Source: Malacoraja senta (Eukaryota). Taken from it: DNA of 64,000 nt. The stretch is taken from NCBI GenBank assembly GCA_038087875.1, contig CM075990.1, positions 806,001-870,000 of the forward strand. Direction: 5' to 3'. Under the pieces are notes generated by a model, which worked only from the letters and a program-made list of their open reading frames with translations, ran no database searches and was not told where the DNA came from. This document shows, in pieces, positions 23,880-35,989 of the stretch (positions within the stretch are counted from its first letter, which is position 1; the number at the start of each line of letters is the position of its first letter). The translations under genes and the position numbers were made by a program.

Positions 23880-24352
23880 ACTTATTAAAAGGCGAGGCAA
23901 ACAATTTGGCAGCAGCCACTTGACAACCAAAATTCATTTTGTGAACGCAAACTTTTTAAAAGGCGAGGCAAACAATTTGGCAGCAGCCACTTTACAGCCA
24001 CATTGAGGGGGCTCATCGTGGAGTAGACGTGCGTTCAGTGTTATTCGCAGCTCAGAGAGCCATGACCCTCTCGCTTCCTGGATCTGGCAGAGACTGAGTG
24101 AGGCACGACACTTCCGGGTTTTACAGTCCCTCCCCCCTGCCGCCAGCGGGGGCAGCAGAGAGAATGGCGAATCTTTTTAAAACATTAATATCTCTCTGAT
24201 TTTTCATCGATGCGGAAAATCCTCCGGTCCAGGAAGGCGGAAGGGGGCTCTGAGCGAGGGCCAAAAATGACGGTCGGAGGTGGCGGCGTTCTCTCGGAAA
24301 TTACAGCACAGCGAGCCAAAAGCGGTCAAGATCAGACTTTTAGTAATATAGA
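23880..24352 (-). mobile_element. Non-autonomous Helitron 5' portion, related subfamily
   Basis: Minus strand reads A then TCtatattactaaaagtctgatcttgacc; homologous to 3255-3530; internal 35-bp direct repeat; no 3' CTAG found. Confidence 0.65.
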
Positions 24353-24644
24353 TGTAGCTTAGATCTGTTTGGTCCATTAAGTTGCAGGCACTTTTAAAGC
24401 GCACATTTTGATTACTTTCCATTTTACCATGGAGATATAAAGTCTATATTGGACTTTAATTATATTTCTATGAATCTACAGACCTTGGCTGGGAACCTGA
24501 GGCTCATCAAAATTGTTCCCAATTGGGCCCCGCACCTCCTAAGGCCGGCCCTGTACAGAGGGGTCTTGGGGTCCAAGTCCTGAAAGTGGCTACGCAAGTA
24601 GATAGAATGGTAAAGAAGGCATATGGTATGCTTTCTTTCACTGG

Positions 24645-24970
24645 TAGACAAAAATGGTGGAGAAACTCAGCGGGTGAGGCAGCATCTATGGAGCGAAGGA
24701 AATAGGCTACGTTTCGGGTCAAAACTCTTCTTCAGACTGATGTGAGAGTGGGGGGGGGGGAAGAAGAAAGGAAGAGGAGGAGCCCGAGGGCTGAGGGAGA
24801 GCTGAGAAGGGGAGGAGACAGCAAGGGCTACCGGAAATTGGAGAATTCAATGTTTATGTCGCTAGGGTGCAGACTGCCCAAGCGGAATATGAGGTGCTGC
24901 TCCTCCAATTTCCGGTGGTGCTCACTCTGGCCATGGAGGAGGCCCAGGACAGAGAGGTCGGATTCAGAAT
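24645..24970 (-). mobile_element. Penelope pLTR plus GIY-YIG 3' end
   Basis: Reverse complement of 33140-33490. Confidence 0.85.
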
Positions 24971-25014
24971 GGCCCTTCCATTCGCTCTCCTGCTGCTCTG
25001 GTTCCCACCCCCTG

Positions 25015-25700
25015 CCATTCTAGTTTAAACCCGCCAGAGCAGCTCCAGCAAACCTGCCTGTAAGTGATGCCCCTCCAGCTCAGGTGCTACCTGTCCCTCT
25101 TGTACAGGTCACCTCTGCCCAGAAATGATCCCAATGGTCCAAAAATCTGAATCCCCATCTCCTGCACCAACTCCTCAGCCACACTTTCATCTGTCCTATC
25201 CTCCTATTGTCACCCTCAAAGCACATGTAATAATATCGATGCCAGAGAATCTCCTGTCTGGCCCCCTAAAAAATAAGTCCCCTGTCACTATTGCTCCAAC
25301 TGACGTACCGTACCCCACTGAACCAGGGCCAGGGCCGTTGCCACAAACCTGGCTATTGCTGCTCTCCCCTGAACGGTCATCCCACTCAACAGTATCTAAA
25401 GTGGTCTAACTGTTTTGCAGAGCAATGGCCACAGCAGATTCCTGAACTCTTTACCTCCTCCCTTTCCTGGTGTCACCCATCTATACTCTGCCTGCATCTT
25501 AGGTGTGATCACCGCTCAATAACTCCTATCTATAACTTTGTCGCTCTCGTAGATGAGCCTGAAGTTGTCCAGCTGCAGTCTTTAAGGAGCTGTACCTGCA
25601 TGCACCTCCTGCAGGTGTAGTCCTCAGTGACACTGGCTGTCTTCCTGAGTTCCCACGTCCCACTTGTGGAGCACTCCACTGCAGTAGCTTCCATCGCACC
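25015..25700 (-). mobile_element. Old CR1 ORF1 remnants (Zn-finger and esterase regions)
   Basis: Minus-strand VTEDYTCRRCMQVQLLKD and AIVTGD-like motifs. Confidence 0.55.
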
Positions 25701-25984
25701 TTACCATGACTAGGTAGACTAACAGAAAGTGACAGACCAAATCTTATCCTGAGATCAAAGGCTCCTTGCACCAATGTCTTGAGCCAAAGCCTCAATGCCC
25801 CACTCTGTCCACTCCCACTATGGCCGCTCTCACTGTGGCCACTTCACTGAGGCTTACCTTCCTATCATTGTCCAATTAGCCAAGCTGTGAGAATTGCCTG
25901 TTTAACTTGCTTCAGTTCTCTCATGGAAATCTCAACCGCTGAGACAACCAACTGTGAGACTGGCCTTTTTAAAATCTAAGCCTC

Positions 25985-26990
25985 CACATCTTTCCTGTAA
26001 TGGGGTAACCAGAACTGGTTAGGCTACATTGTAGCCTAACCAATGTCGTATAGAGCTGCATCATGACGTCCTGACCTTTCTGTTCAATGCCCCTAATCAT
26101 GAAGGCAAGCATACCATATGCCTTCTTTATCATCCTATCTACTGTATGCTACTACCTTCAGAGAGCTATGAACTTGGACTCCAAGATCCCTCTACACATC
26201 AATGCTGTGAAGCATCTTGCCATTAATTGTATACTCTTCCTTTATTAAATCTCCCAACACTCGCTCAACACTTGCTCCCTAAAGGGCCTGTCCCACTGTA
26301 CGAGGTAATCCAAGAGTTCTCCCGAGTTTTCCCCTCATTCGAACTTGGAGAATGTCTGTAGCGGGTCCGTAGGAGTTCGTGGATGTCTCGTAGCGGCTCG
26401 TACGTGTAAAAAGTAACCATTTTTTTCATCACGAGTATTTTTTTACTCGCGGACATTTTTCACAGTGTTGAAAAAACGTCACGAGTCTACCGGATTTCCC
26501 GAGTACCTACCGTTACTCGTACGAGCCACTACGAGACATCCACGAGTTCCTATGGACCTGCTATGGACATTCTCCGAGTTCGAATCAGGCGAAAACTCGG
26601 GAGAACTCTTGATTTACCTTGTACAGTGGGACAGGCCCTTAACAGCTCACACTCTTTCAGGTTCAACTCCATCTGTTAAATCTCTTCCCATTTCTGCCAC
26701 TGATCTATATCCCACTGTATCGTCTGACTGCATTCCTCACTGTCTGCAACTCCTCCAATTTTGGTGTCACCAGTCATTTATATTTATCACGAACAGCATA
26801 GGTCCATGTACAGATCCTGGAGGATCTCCAATGGTCACAAACCTCCAGCCAGCATATATACCTTCCATCACAACCCTCGGCCTTCTATGACGAAGCCAAT
26901 TCTGAAAACATATGACTGAGTCACCATGAATCCTGTACATTTTAATCTTCTGATCCTACCACGAGGGGCCTGGCGAATCTGTCTCACCAA
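25985..26990 (-). mobile_element. Old CR1 RT fragments, split by a MITE
   Basis: aaggcaagcataccatatgcc and gatccctctacacatc motifs shared with other CR1 copies. Confidence 0.6.
26283..26639. mobile_element. PIF/Harbinger-type MITE
   Basis: TIR agggcctgtcccactgtac ... gtacagtgggacaggccct; TAA TSD at 26280-26282 and 26640-26642. Confidence 0.92.
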
Positions 26991-27581
26991 CATTATCTAT
27001 TATTATCTCGTACACCACTGACATGATGGCACAGTCGATGTGCACTCCATCAGTTCAGGAAGGTTACCACAATAAACACTTGTACAGCCATGGGCTGGTT
27101 TGGACAACACCTCATGTCATTGATCAACCTCAAATTGTGTTAAAGGTTGAGCACTTTCCCTGCCTCCAATTTGCTCCGAACTTGACTAGTACTGCATCCA
27201 GTAATAAAATGTGAGAGCATGTTATATGCATTAGCCCCTCAATTACAGGGGGCTAACACATGTTCTGAACATGCACTCCACCCCTGCCATCACAGTTTAT
27301 ATTGTATGATGGTGGAGGTGCAAGTTAGGAGCTCAATGTTTATGCTGGGATCAGCAGAGGTTGGAGGATGCAGGGAGTCATTATTATCTGCAATGGGCTT
27401 GATGGAACAGTTGGGCAATGGAGGACACGATTTGTCCAATCTAGTGGTGAGGGCCGCAAGGGAATCCGACCACGTGGCAAATGGAAAACGTAAAGGGGAC
27501 TTAACACCCAGAGAGTGAGATCTGCATAAATATCAGTCCAGGTTCAGGAAGCAGGGATAAAGCAGGGAAGCGGGGAAGCAG

Positions 27582-27946
27582 CCGAATAGTGAAAGGCCTG
27601 GATAGAGTGGATGTGGAGAGGATGTTTCCACCAGTGGGAGAGTCTAGGACCAGGGGTCAAAGCCTCAGAATTAAAGGATGTTTCTTTAGGAAGAAGATGT
27701 GGAGGAATTACTTTAGTCGGAGGGTGGTGCATCTGTGGAATTCATTGCCACGGAAGGCTGTGGAGGTGAAGTCAATTGATATTTTTAAGGCAGAGATAGA
27801 TATATTCTTGATTAGTACGGGTGTCCGGGGTTATGGGGAGAAGGCAGGAGAATGGGGTTAAGAGGGAGAGATAGATCAGCCATGATTGAATGATGGAGTA
27901 GACTTGATGGGCCGAATTGCCTAATTCTGCTCCTATCACTTATGAA
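27582..27946 (+). mobile_element. CR1 3' fragment
   Basis: KGLDRVDVERMFPPVGESRTRG..GYGEKAGEWG. Confidence 0.85.
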
Positions 27947-29019
27947 CATAATTGGCCAGTTCTACCAAAGAAGCATCTCTGATACAGGGCTTAATAAACT
28001 TCTTCTGTACAGTATTATTCCTGCTGAGACTAACCAATAAATAGTGATTATGATTTGGAATGTAAAGGAAACAAAATATACAGTTTAAAAATATTGAAGA
28101 GCAACTAAGTGTCAAGATCAAGGATTCAATAATCACCACGTATTCAAACATAGGCATCCCCCATAATGTTCAACATGGAAGATCCTAAGTAATAATATTA
28201 CAGTGCAAACTAAAATTTACAGCTTTAAATATCTCCTCGTTTTCCGCATATTCTTACAGAATAGGTCAACAAGTACCACAAAGCAGATGAATCTTCCTTA
28301 TGGAGGCCAAAGACAGAAACAACAAACATTTTCCAAACTGCTACAATTGAAAGGAGTTGTGATGTCCACGTTGTCCTTTGTATTATTTGCATCTGGTCTC
28401 GTACACTTCCCTCGTGATCACCAGAGCTGATTCCACCCACTCATCATGAGCATCAGGGTTGTGATCAGCAAATTCATTTCATTTCCAACAGTTCAGAAGG
28501 AAAGGAGACTTCCAGAACCATCTTCTATATGGGATTCCAATCAAGGGCCAGAGATAATGAAAGATTAAACAGGCCAGCCAGAATCTCCAGATCTCAAGTA
28601 AATATTATGCTTGTGACTTTTATTCTAGTTTACACCTACCATCAATTATTGTTAAAATGCATTGACTCTGCAGCTGTAGAAACATGGCATACACGTGATT
28701 TTTCTTTCTTTATCCACTCCCAACCAATGTTCCCATGCAATAAATGCCCAGATTTTACAGAGAATAGCAGGAATTTCCACACAAAATGATCAGCAATTCT
28801 GTTAAATGCTGGTAGATTCTGCACAGTGCATGAGAATATAGGTGTCCTAAGCTTGTGACTATAGCCTCTGTGCCTCCTTGAAGGCATCTCATGGACTCCT
28901 GGGTTGAAGCTGCATGTTGTAGCAATACTCTCGTCGGAGAGAGGAGGAGAACTTCTCCTGCTTTGTCTGTCTAAGTTGTGGAAATTTATCAGTTTGCTAA
29001 ATCCTACTGAATCCAACTG

Positions 29020-31150
29020 AACTTTGACTGCACTGATTTAAATGTGTTCAGGGAAGCTACTGCAAGCCTCGATGAATATACATACACCGTGACATGATAA
29101 GTCCGCTTTTGTGAGGACAGTTGCATTCCCACTAGGACCAGGATCAGGTTCAACAACGACAAGCCTTGGTTTTTACAGCAGAACTCAGACAGCTCCGCCA
29201 GTGTAAAGATGAGGCCTACAGGAGCGGGGCTGGAGACCTCTACAGGCAGTCCAAGTACAAGCTGAGAAGAGGAATCAGAGCAGCCAAGGAAAGGTAATCT
29301 GAGAAGTTGAAGAGCAAGTTCTCAGCTAATGACTTATCTTCAGTATGGAAGGGCTTGCAAGAAATCACCAGCTACCAGAGGTAAACCCCCGCTCCTTGGA
29401 CAATCACTCCTCCCCAATCATCACTTCCCACCCACTTACAGCCTGATTCCAGTCTGCAAAGACTAGGCCTTTGTCCAGTACCCACCTCCTCCTTGCTGCC
29501 AAACATCAATTTGACCTCTTCTCCATCACTAACAATAGAAATTGAGGAGGTGGAAAAGCTATTCAGGAGACGGAAAAGGCGGAAATCTCTCAGACTGGAC
29601 AATGTTTCCCCCTCTACACTCAAGCTCTGTGCCAAACAACTGGCACCAGTCCACACAGACATTTGAAGAAGGGTTGCCTATTTCCTTTGCTCCATAGATG
29701 CTTCCGCACCTGCTGAGTTTCTCTAGCATTTTTGTCTACAGACATTTTCAATCAGACTCTGCAAACCTGCACTGTCCCTGCCTCCATCAAAGTCCCCACT
29801 GTTGTCCCTGTACCCAAAAAGCCAAGGATTACTGGTCTTAATGACTACAGGCCTGTCGCACTGACCTCTGTCGTCATGAAGACCCTTGAAAAACTTGTGC
29901 TGGCCCACCTGAAAAATATCACAAACCCCCTGCTGGGCCCCCTGCAGTTTGCATACCGGGCAAATAGATCAGTGGATGACGCAGTCAACCTAGGCCTGCA
30001 CTTCAACCTCCAGCACCTAGACCACCAGGGGACCTATGCAAGGATTTTGTTTGTAGATTTTAGCTCTGCATTCAACACCATTGTGCCAAAGCTACTACAC
30101 TCCAAACTCTCCCAGTTGACTGTGCCTGAACCACACTGTCATTGGATCACCAACTTCCTGACAAACAGGAAGCAGCATGTGAGGCTGGGACAGTACATGT
30201 CTGACCCGCAAACGCTCAGCATTGGAGCACCGCAAAGCTGCGTACACTCTCTCCTCTCCTCTCTCTACACCAATGACTGCACCTCCACAGAATCTTCTGT
30301 CAAGCTTCTCAAGTTTGCGGACGACACAACCCTGATTAGACTGATCCAGGATGGGGAGGAATCTGCCTATAGACAGGAAGTCCTGGAGCCATCGCAACAA
30401 CCTGGAGCTCAATGCCCTTAAGGCAGTGGAATTGATTGTAGACTTTAGGAGAGCCCCCTCTCCCCTCACCCCACTCACCATTAACAACACCACAGTCACA
30501 TCTGTGGAGTCATTTAAATTCCTTAGAAGCATCATCGGTCCTTAAATGGGAGGCCACCATCGACTCCACAGTCAAAAAGGTCCAACAGAGGATGTACTTC
30601 CTGCGGCTGCTGAGAAAACACAATCTGCCTCAGGCAATGATGGTCCAGTTTTATACTGCCATCATAGCGTCTGTTCTCACCTTCTCCATCATGGTCTGGT
30701 TTGGCTCAGCCAAAGCATGACATCCAGAGTCTGCAGCGCATCGTTCGATCAGCCGAGAACGTTGTTGGCTGCAACCTTCACCCCATTGACGAACTGTACA
30801 CTGCAAGGCCCAGGAAGCGAGTGGGTAATATCATTTCTGACCCCTCTCACCCTGGCCACAAACTCTTTGAATCATTTTCCTCTGGGAGGCAACTCCGGAC
30901 TGTCAATGCCGCCACAGCCAGACATAAAAACAACTTTTTTCCACGAGCAGGAGCTCTACTCAACAGCGAAAAGTCTGTAGCCTCCTTTCGCTCTGGTATT
31001 TAATTTAATTCTTCACATGTTTAAATTATAATGTTTTATTTTTAATTGTCTACTGTATATCGTGTTGTTATCCTTGCGAGCAAAGCACCAAGGCAAATTA
31101 CTTGTATGTATACATACTTGGCTGATTAAATGTATTCAATTCAATTCAAT
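29020..31150 (+). mobile_element. Rex1/Babar LINE, 5'-truncated
   Basis: 229-aa [49 protein letters not shown]; tail (ttcaa)n. Confidence 0.92.
29665..29737 (+). mobile_element. 73-bp Penelope pLTR insertion inside Rex1
   Basis: Matches 33397-33484; 10-bp TSD acagacattt (29655-29664, 29738-29747). Confidence 0.8.
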
Positions 31151-31483
31151 CCAATTTAATACATTTGTTCAATTACTCCTGGCACAGGGATAACATCTCC
31201 ACTCAGTTCACCAAAGAACAGCAACTGTTGCAGACTAAGGAAGGTTTCAGTTAATTTAGAGATGTTTGAGTTATATTACTGTTTTAGGAACCTTGGTTGT
31301 TTTTAAACATGAATACATTTTAGCTTTCAAAAGTTTGGCTAGATTTCAATAGATTTTGAATAATTTTTCACTTTTCTGGATGTCAGTGATGTTTTTGACA
31401 GTTGTCACCAAAGCTGCTACTATGGACAGATGTTTTCCCGCAAGTTAAATTTGCATTGTAGATCTTCCTATCACACACAAAGG

Positions 31484-32310
31484 ACGAGGACAAAGGACAA
31501 AGGACATTTATTGTCACATACACCATTTCTGGTGCAGTGAAATTTGAGTTGCCGTTTGCAGCACATCAATAAAAAAATAAAACACAACATTAAAGAATTT
31601 AACACCAAACATAAAAACATCCCCCCACAATTGTTCCCATTGTGACGGAAGGCACAAAGTCCAGTCCTCTTCCCCTTGTTCACCCATGGTCGGGCCTATT
31701 TCGCCACAACGGCGGCCCGATATTACAGGCCCTCTCGCTGGATGATGGAGCTCCGGCGTCGGGAGAACACTCTTCAGCGGCTTGGAATGTCTGGAACGGC
31801 CGCTTCCTTCCCGGAGACCGCAGCTCCCGAAGTCCACAGGCCGCGCTGGTCGGAGCTCCGACACTGGCTATCTCGGCGAGAGATCCCAGGCTCCGCGGTG
31901 TTCAAAGTTAACGCCGCTGCAGCTGGACGCTCCGCAGACCCCACAGCTCCGCGATGTTGGAGTCGGCAGTCTCAGCACACGGCGACCCGGGTAAGCCCGC
32001 TCCGCGAAGGTGCTTCAGCTCTGTGCCGCTGCCGAAGCTGAAGTTCTGGCTGGTCCTGGCAGGAAACGCCGCTCCAGTCCTGTTGTTAGACCGCGAAGAG
32101 GGGGCGAAGATACGGCTCGGAGAAAAGACGCATCTCCGACCAAGTAGGGACTGAGAAAAACAGTTCCCCCCTTCCCCCCCCCCCCCCACCCCCCACATAA
32201 AAAAGATTAGACCTCCAAAACAAAACTTTTTAATATACTAAAAATAAAAAAAAGGGTGAAAGGACGGACAGCTGCAGGCTGGGCAATCATACTCGACGGC
32301 GCCCGCACTC
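31484..32310 (-). mobile_element. GC-rich non-autonomous retroposon, copy 1
   Basis: Shares architecture with 43035, 44941 and 49058; Rex1-like 3' end tttcactgcacc..gtgacaataaa plus (tttgtcc)n; acaaagg on both flanks. Confidence 0.7.
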
Positions 32311-32944
32311 GACAAAGGGTTGTCATGATGGCCTCATGTAGAACATGCCTGCTGGCATTAGGAATAAAATATGGCCAAGGGCAGGAGGCAGTTTGAATTG
32401 ATATAGGAGAGAAGGTTTCAGGATTTAAGATCATTGGGGCAGAGTTGACCTGAACAAGAGGGATGGGTTGCATCTGAACTGGACCAATATATTTCAAGAG
32501 AACTTGGCTCATGCTACTTGGGAGTGTTTAGACTCGAGTGGCAGGGAGGTGGAAACCAAAATACAAGGTCTGCAAATGGAAGGACTGATGAGAAGGTAGA
32601 GATTAAGGCCAGTACATCTCAAGGAAAGACAGGCAGGAAGATGAAGGAAGATGGTGAAACTGACAGGCTGTGGTGTGTTTATTTCAACACAAAGAATATC
32701 GTGGGTAAAGCAATGAACTAAAAGCCTGGATCAGTGCTCGGGACTATGATGTGACCATTACGGAGACTGGTTCGGAAGAGATTCTGACTGGCAGCTTAAC
32801 TTTCCAGGGTTTCAATGTTTCAAACATGATAGAGAGGGAGGTATAAGAGTTGGAAGAGTTGCTCTATTAATCAAGAAAAATGTAACTGCAGCACTGAGAG
32901 AATACTAAGGGGAAACACTAAGGGGCAGAAAACGCTAGTGGGAG

Positions 32945-33522
32945 GTACACAAAAATGCTGGAGAAACTCAGCGGGTGCAGCAGCATCTATGGAGCGAAGG
33001 AAATAGGTAACGTTTCGGGCCGAAACCAAGGTGAGACCAAGCGGAGGCTTGGCGATCGTTTCGCCGAACACCTCCGGTCGGTCCGCAATAACCAACCTGA
33101 ACTCCCGGTGGCTCAGCACTTCAACTCCCCCTCCCATTCCGTATCTGACCTCTCTGTCCTGGGTCTCCTCCATGGCCACAGCGAGCAACACCGTAAATTG
33201 GAGGAAATGCACCTCATATTCCGCTTGGGCAGTCTACATCCTGGTGGCCTGAACGTTGAATTCTCCCAATTCTGCTAGCCCTGGCTGTCCCCTCCCCTTC
33301 ATCAGCCATCTGGTTGTCTCCTCCCCTCCCCCAGCCCTCGGGCTCCTCCTCCGCCTTTTCCTTTTTTCCTTTCTTCTCCCCACCCCCTATCAGTCTGAAG
33401 AAGGGTTTCGGCCCGAAACGTTACCTATTTCCTTCGCTCCATAGATGCTGCTGCACCCGCTGAGTTTCTCCAGCATTTTTGTGTACCTTCGATTTTCCAG
33501 CATCTGCAGTTCCTTCTTTAAC
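32945..33522 (+). mobile_element. Young 5'-truncated Penelope with an inverted pLTR piece, nested in CR1
   Basis: GETKRRLGDRFAEHLRSV..HFN..EEMHLIFRLGSLHPGGLN; 32945-33027 is the reverse complement of 33403-33486; 15-bp TSD aaacgctagtgggag (32930-32944, 33523-33537). Confidence 0.93.
33390..33430 (+). ncRNA. Minimal hammerhead ribozyme-like motif in the Penelope pLTR (best-preserved copy)
   Basis: CUGAAGA (33395-33401), A, stem II GGGU-UUCG-GCCC, GAAA (33415-33418), CG-UU; helix I is weak. Confidence 0.65.
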
Positions 33523-35989
33523 AAACGCTAGTGGGAGTTGTGTACAGGCCACCTAACAGTAGTAGTGGAGTTGGGGATGGCATCAAACAGGAAATTACAA
33601 ATGCGTGCAACAAAGGTAAAACAGTTATAATGGGTGACTTCAATCTACATATAGATTGGGTTAATCAAATTGGCAGGGGTGCTGAGGAAGAGGATTTCTT
33701 GGAATGTATGCGGGATAGTTTTCTGAACCAACATGTAGAGGAACCAACGAGAGAGCAGGCTATTCTAGACTGGGTATTGAGTAATGAGGAAGGGTTAGTT
33801 AACAGTCTTGTTGTGCGTGGCCCCTTGGGCAAGAGTGACCATAATATGGTTGAGTTCTTCATTAGGATGGAGAGTGACATTGGTAATTCAGAAACAAGGG
33901 TTCTGAACTTAAAGAAAGGTATCTTTGAGGGTATGAGACGTGAATTGGCCAAGATAGACTGGCAATTGATTCTTAAAGGGTTGACGGTGGATATGCAATG
34001 GAAGCCATTTAAAGACTGCATGGATGAACTACAACAATTGTTCATCCCAGTTTGGCAAAATAATAAATCAGGGAAGGTAGTACATCCGTGAATAACAAGG
34101 GAAATCAGGGATAGTATCAAAACAAAAGATGAAGCATACAAATTAGCCAGAAAAAGCAGCCTACCATGGACTGGGAGAAATTCAGTCCAGCAGAGGAGGA
34201 CAAAGGGCTTAATTAGGAAAGGGAAAATAGATTATGAAAGAAAACTGGCAGGGAACATAAAAACTGACTGCAAAAGTTTTTATAGATATGTGAAGACAAA
34301 AAGATTAGTTAAAACAAATGTAGGTCCCTTGCAATCAGAAACAGGTGAATTGATCATGGGGAACATGGACATGGCAGACCAATTGAATAACTACTTTGGT
34401 TCTGTCTTCACTAAGGAAGTCATAAATAATCTGCCGGAAATAGCAGGGGACCGGGGGTCAAATGAGATGGAGGAACTGAGTGAAATCCAGGTTAGTCGGG
34501 AAGTGGTGTTAGGTAACTTGAATGGATTAAAGGCCGATAAATCCCCAGGGCCAGATAGGCTGCATCCCAGAATTCTTAAGGAAGTAGCCCCAGAAATAGT
34601 GATAATTTTTCAAAACTCTTTAGAATCTGGAGTAGTTCCTGAGGATTGGAGGGTAGCTAATGTAACCCCACTTTAAAAAAAAAGAAAGGGAGAGAGAAAA
34701 CAGGGAATTACAGACCAGTTAGTCTAACATTGGTAGTGGGGAAAATGCTAGAGTCAGTTATTAAAGATGGGATAGCAGCACATTTGGAAAGTGGTGAAAT
34801 GTGGACAAAGTCAGCATGGATTTATGAAAGGTAAATCATGTCTGACGAATCTTATAGAATTTTTCGAGGATTTAACTAGTAGAGTGGATAAGGGAGAACC
34901 AGTGGATGTGTTATATCTGGACTTTCAAAAGGCTTTCGACAAGGTCCTACATAAGAGATTAATATGCAAACTTAAAGCACACGGTATTGGGGGTTCAGTA
35001 TTGATATGGATAGAGAACTGGCTGGGACACAGGAAGCAAAGTGAAGAGTAAATGGGTCCTTTTCAGAATGGCAGGCAGTGACTACTGGGGTACCGCAAGG
35101 CTCAGTGCTGGGACCCCAGCTATTTATAATATATATTAATGATTTGGACGAGGGAATTGAATGCAACATCTCCAAGTTTGCGGATGACACAAAGCTGGGG
35201 GGCAGTGTTAGCTGTGAGGAGGATGCTAGGAGGCTGCAAGGTGACTTGGATAGGTTGGGTGAGTGGGCAAATGCATGGCAGATGCAGTATAATGTGGATA
35301 AATGTGAGGTTATCCACTTTGGTGGCAAAAACAGGAAAGCATTCATAGCAAAATGATTTGAGTATAGGAGCAGGGAGGTTCTATTGCAGTTGTACAGGGT
35401 CTTGGTGAGACCACACCTGGAGTATTGCGTACAGTTTTGGTCTCCTAATCTGAGGAAAGACATTCTTGCCATAGAGGGAGTACAGAGAAGGTTCACCAGA
35501 CTGATTCCTTGGATATCAGGACTTTCATATGAAGAAAGACTGGATAGACACGGCTTGTACTCGCTAGAATTTAGAAGATTGAGGGGGGATCTTATAGAAA
35601 CTTACAAAATTCTTAAGGGGTTGGACAGGCTAGATGCAGGAAGATTGTTCCCGATGTTGGGGAAGTCCAGAACAAGGGGTCACAGTTTAAGGATAAGGGG
35701 GAAGTCTTTTAGGACCAAGATGAGAAAAACATTTTTCACACAGAGAGTGGTGAATCTCTGAAATTCTCTGCCACAGAAGGTAGTTGAGGCCAGTTCATTG
35801 GCTATATTTAAGAGGGAGTTAGATGTGGCCATTGTGGCTAAAGGGATCAGGGGGTATGGAGAGAAGGCAGGTACAGGATACTGAGTTGGATGATCAGCCA
35901 TGATCATATTGAATGGCGGTGCAGGCTTGAAGGGCCGAATGGCCTACTCCTGCACCTATTTTCTATGTTTCTATGTTTCTACATGAGCT

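Larger units (their letters stand above)
32330..35981 (+). mobile_element. CR1 LINE: old ORF1/ORF2 start, then a young HER1-like copy from about 32910
   Basis: DGLHLN coding at 32463; GVVYRPPNS, IMGDFN, PLGKSDHN and RT motifs; about 130-bp internal deletion at 35340; (tttctatg)n tail. Confidence 0.92.
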
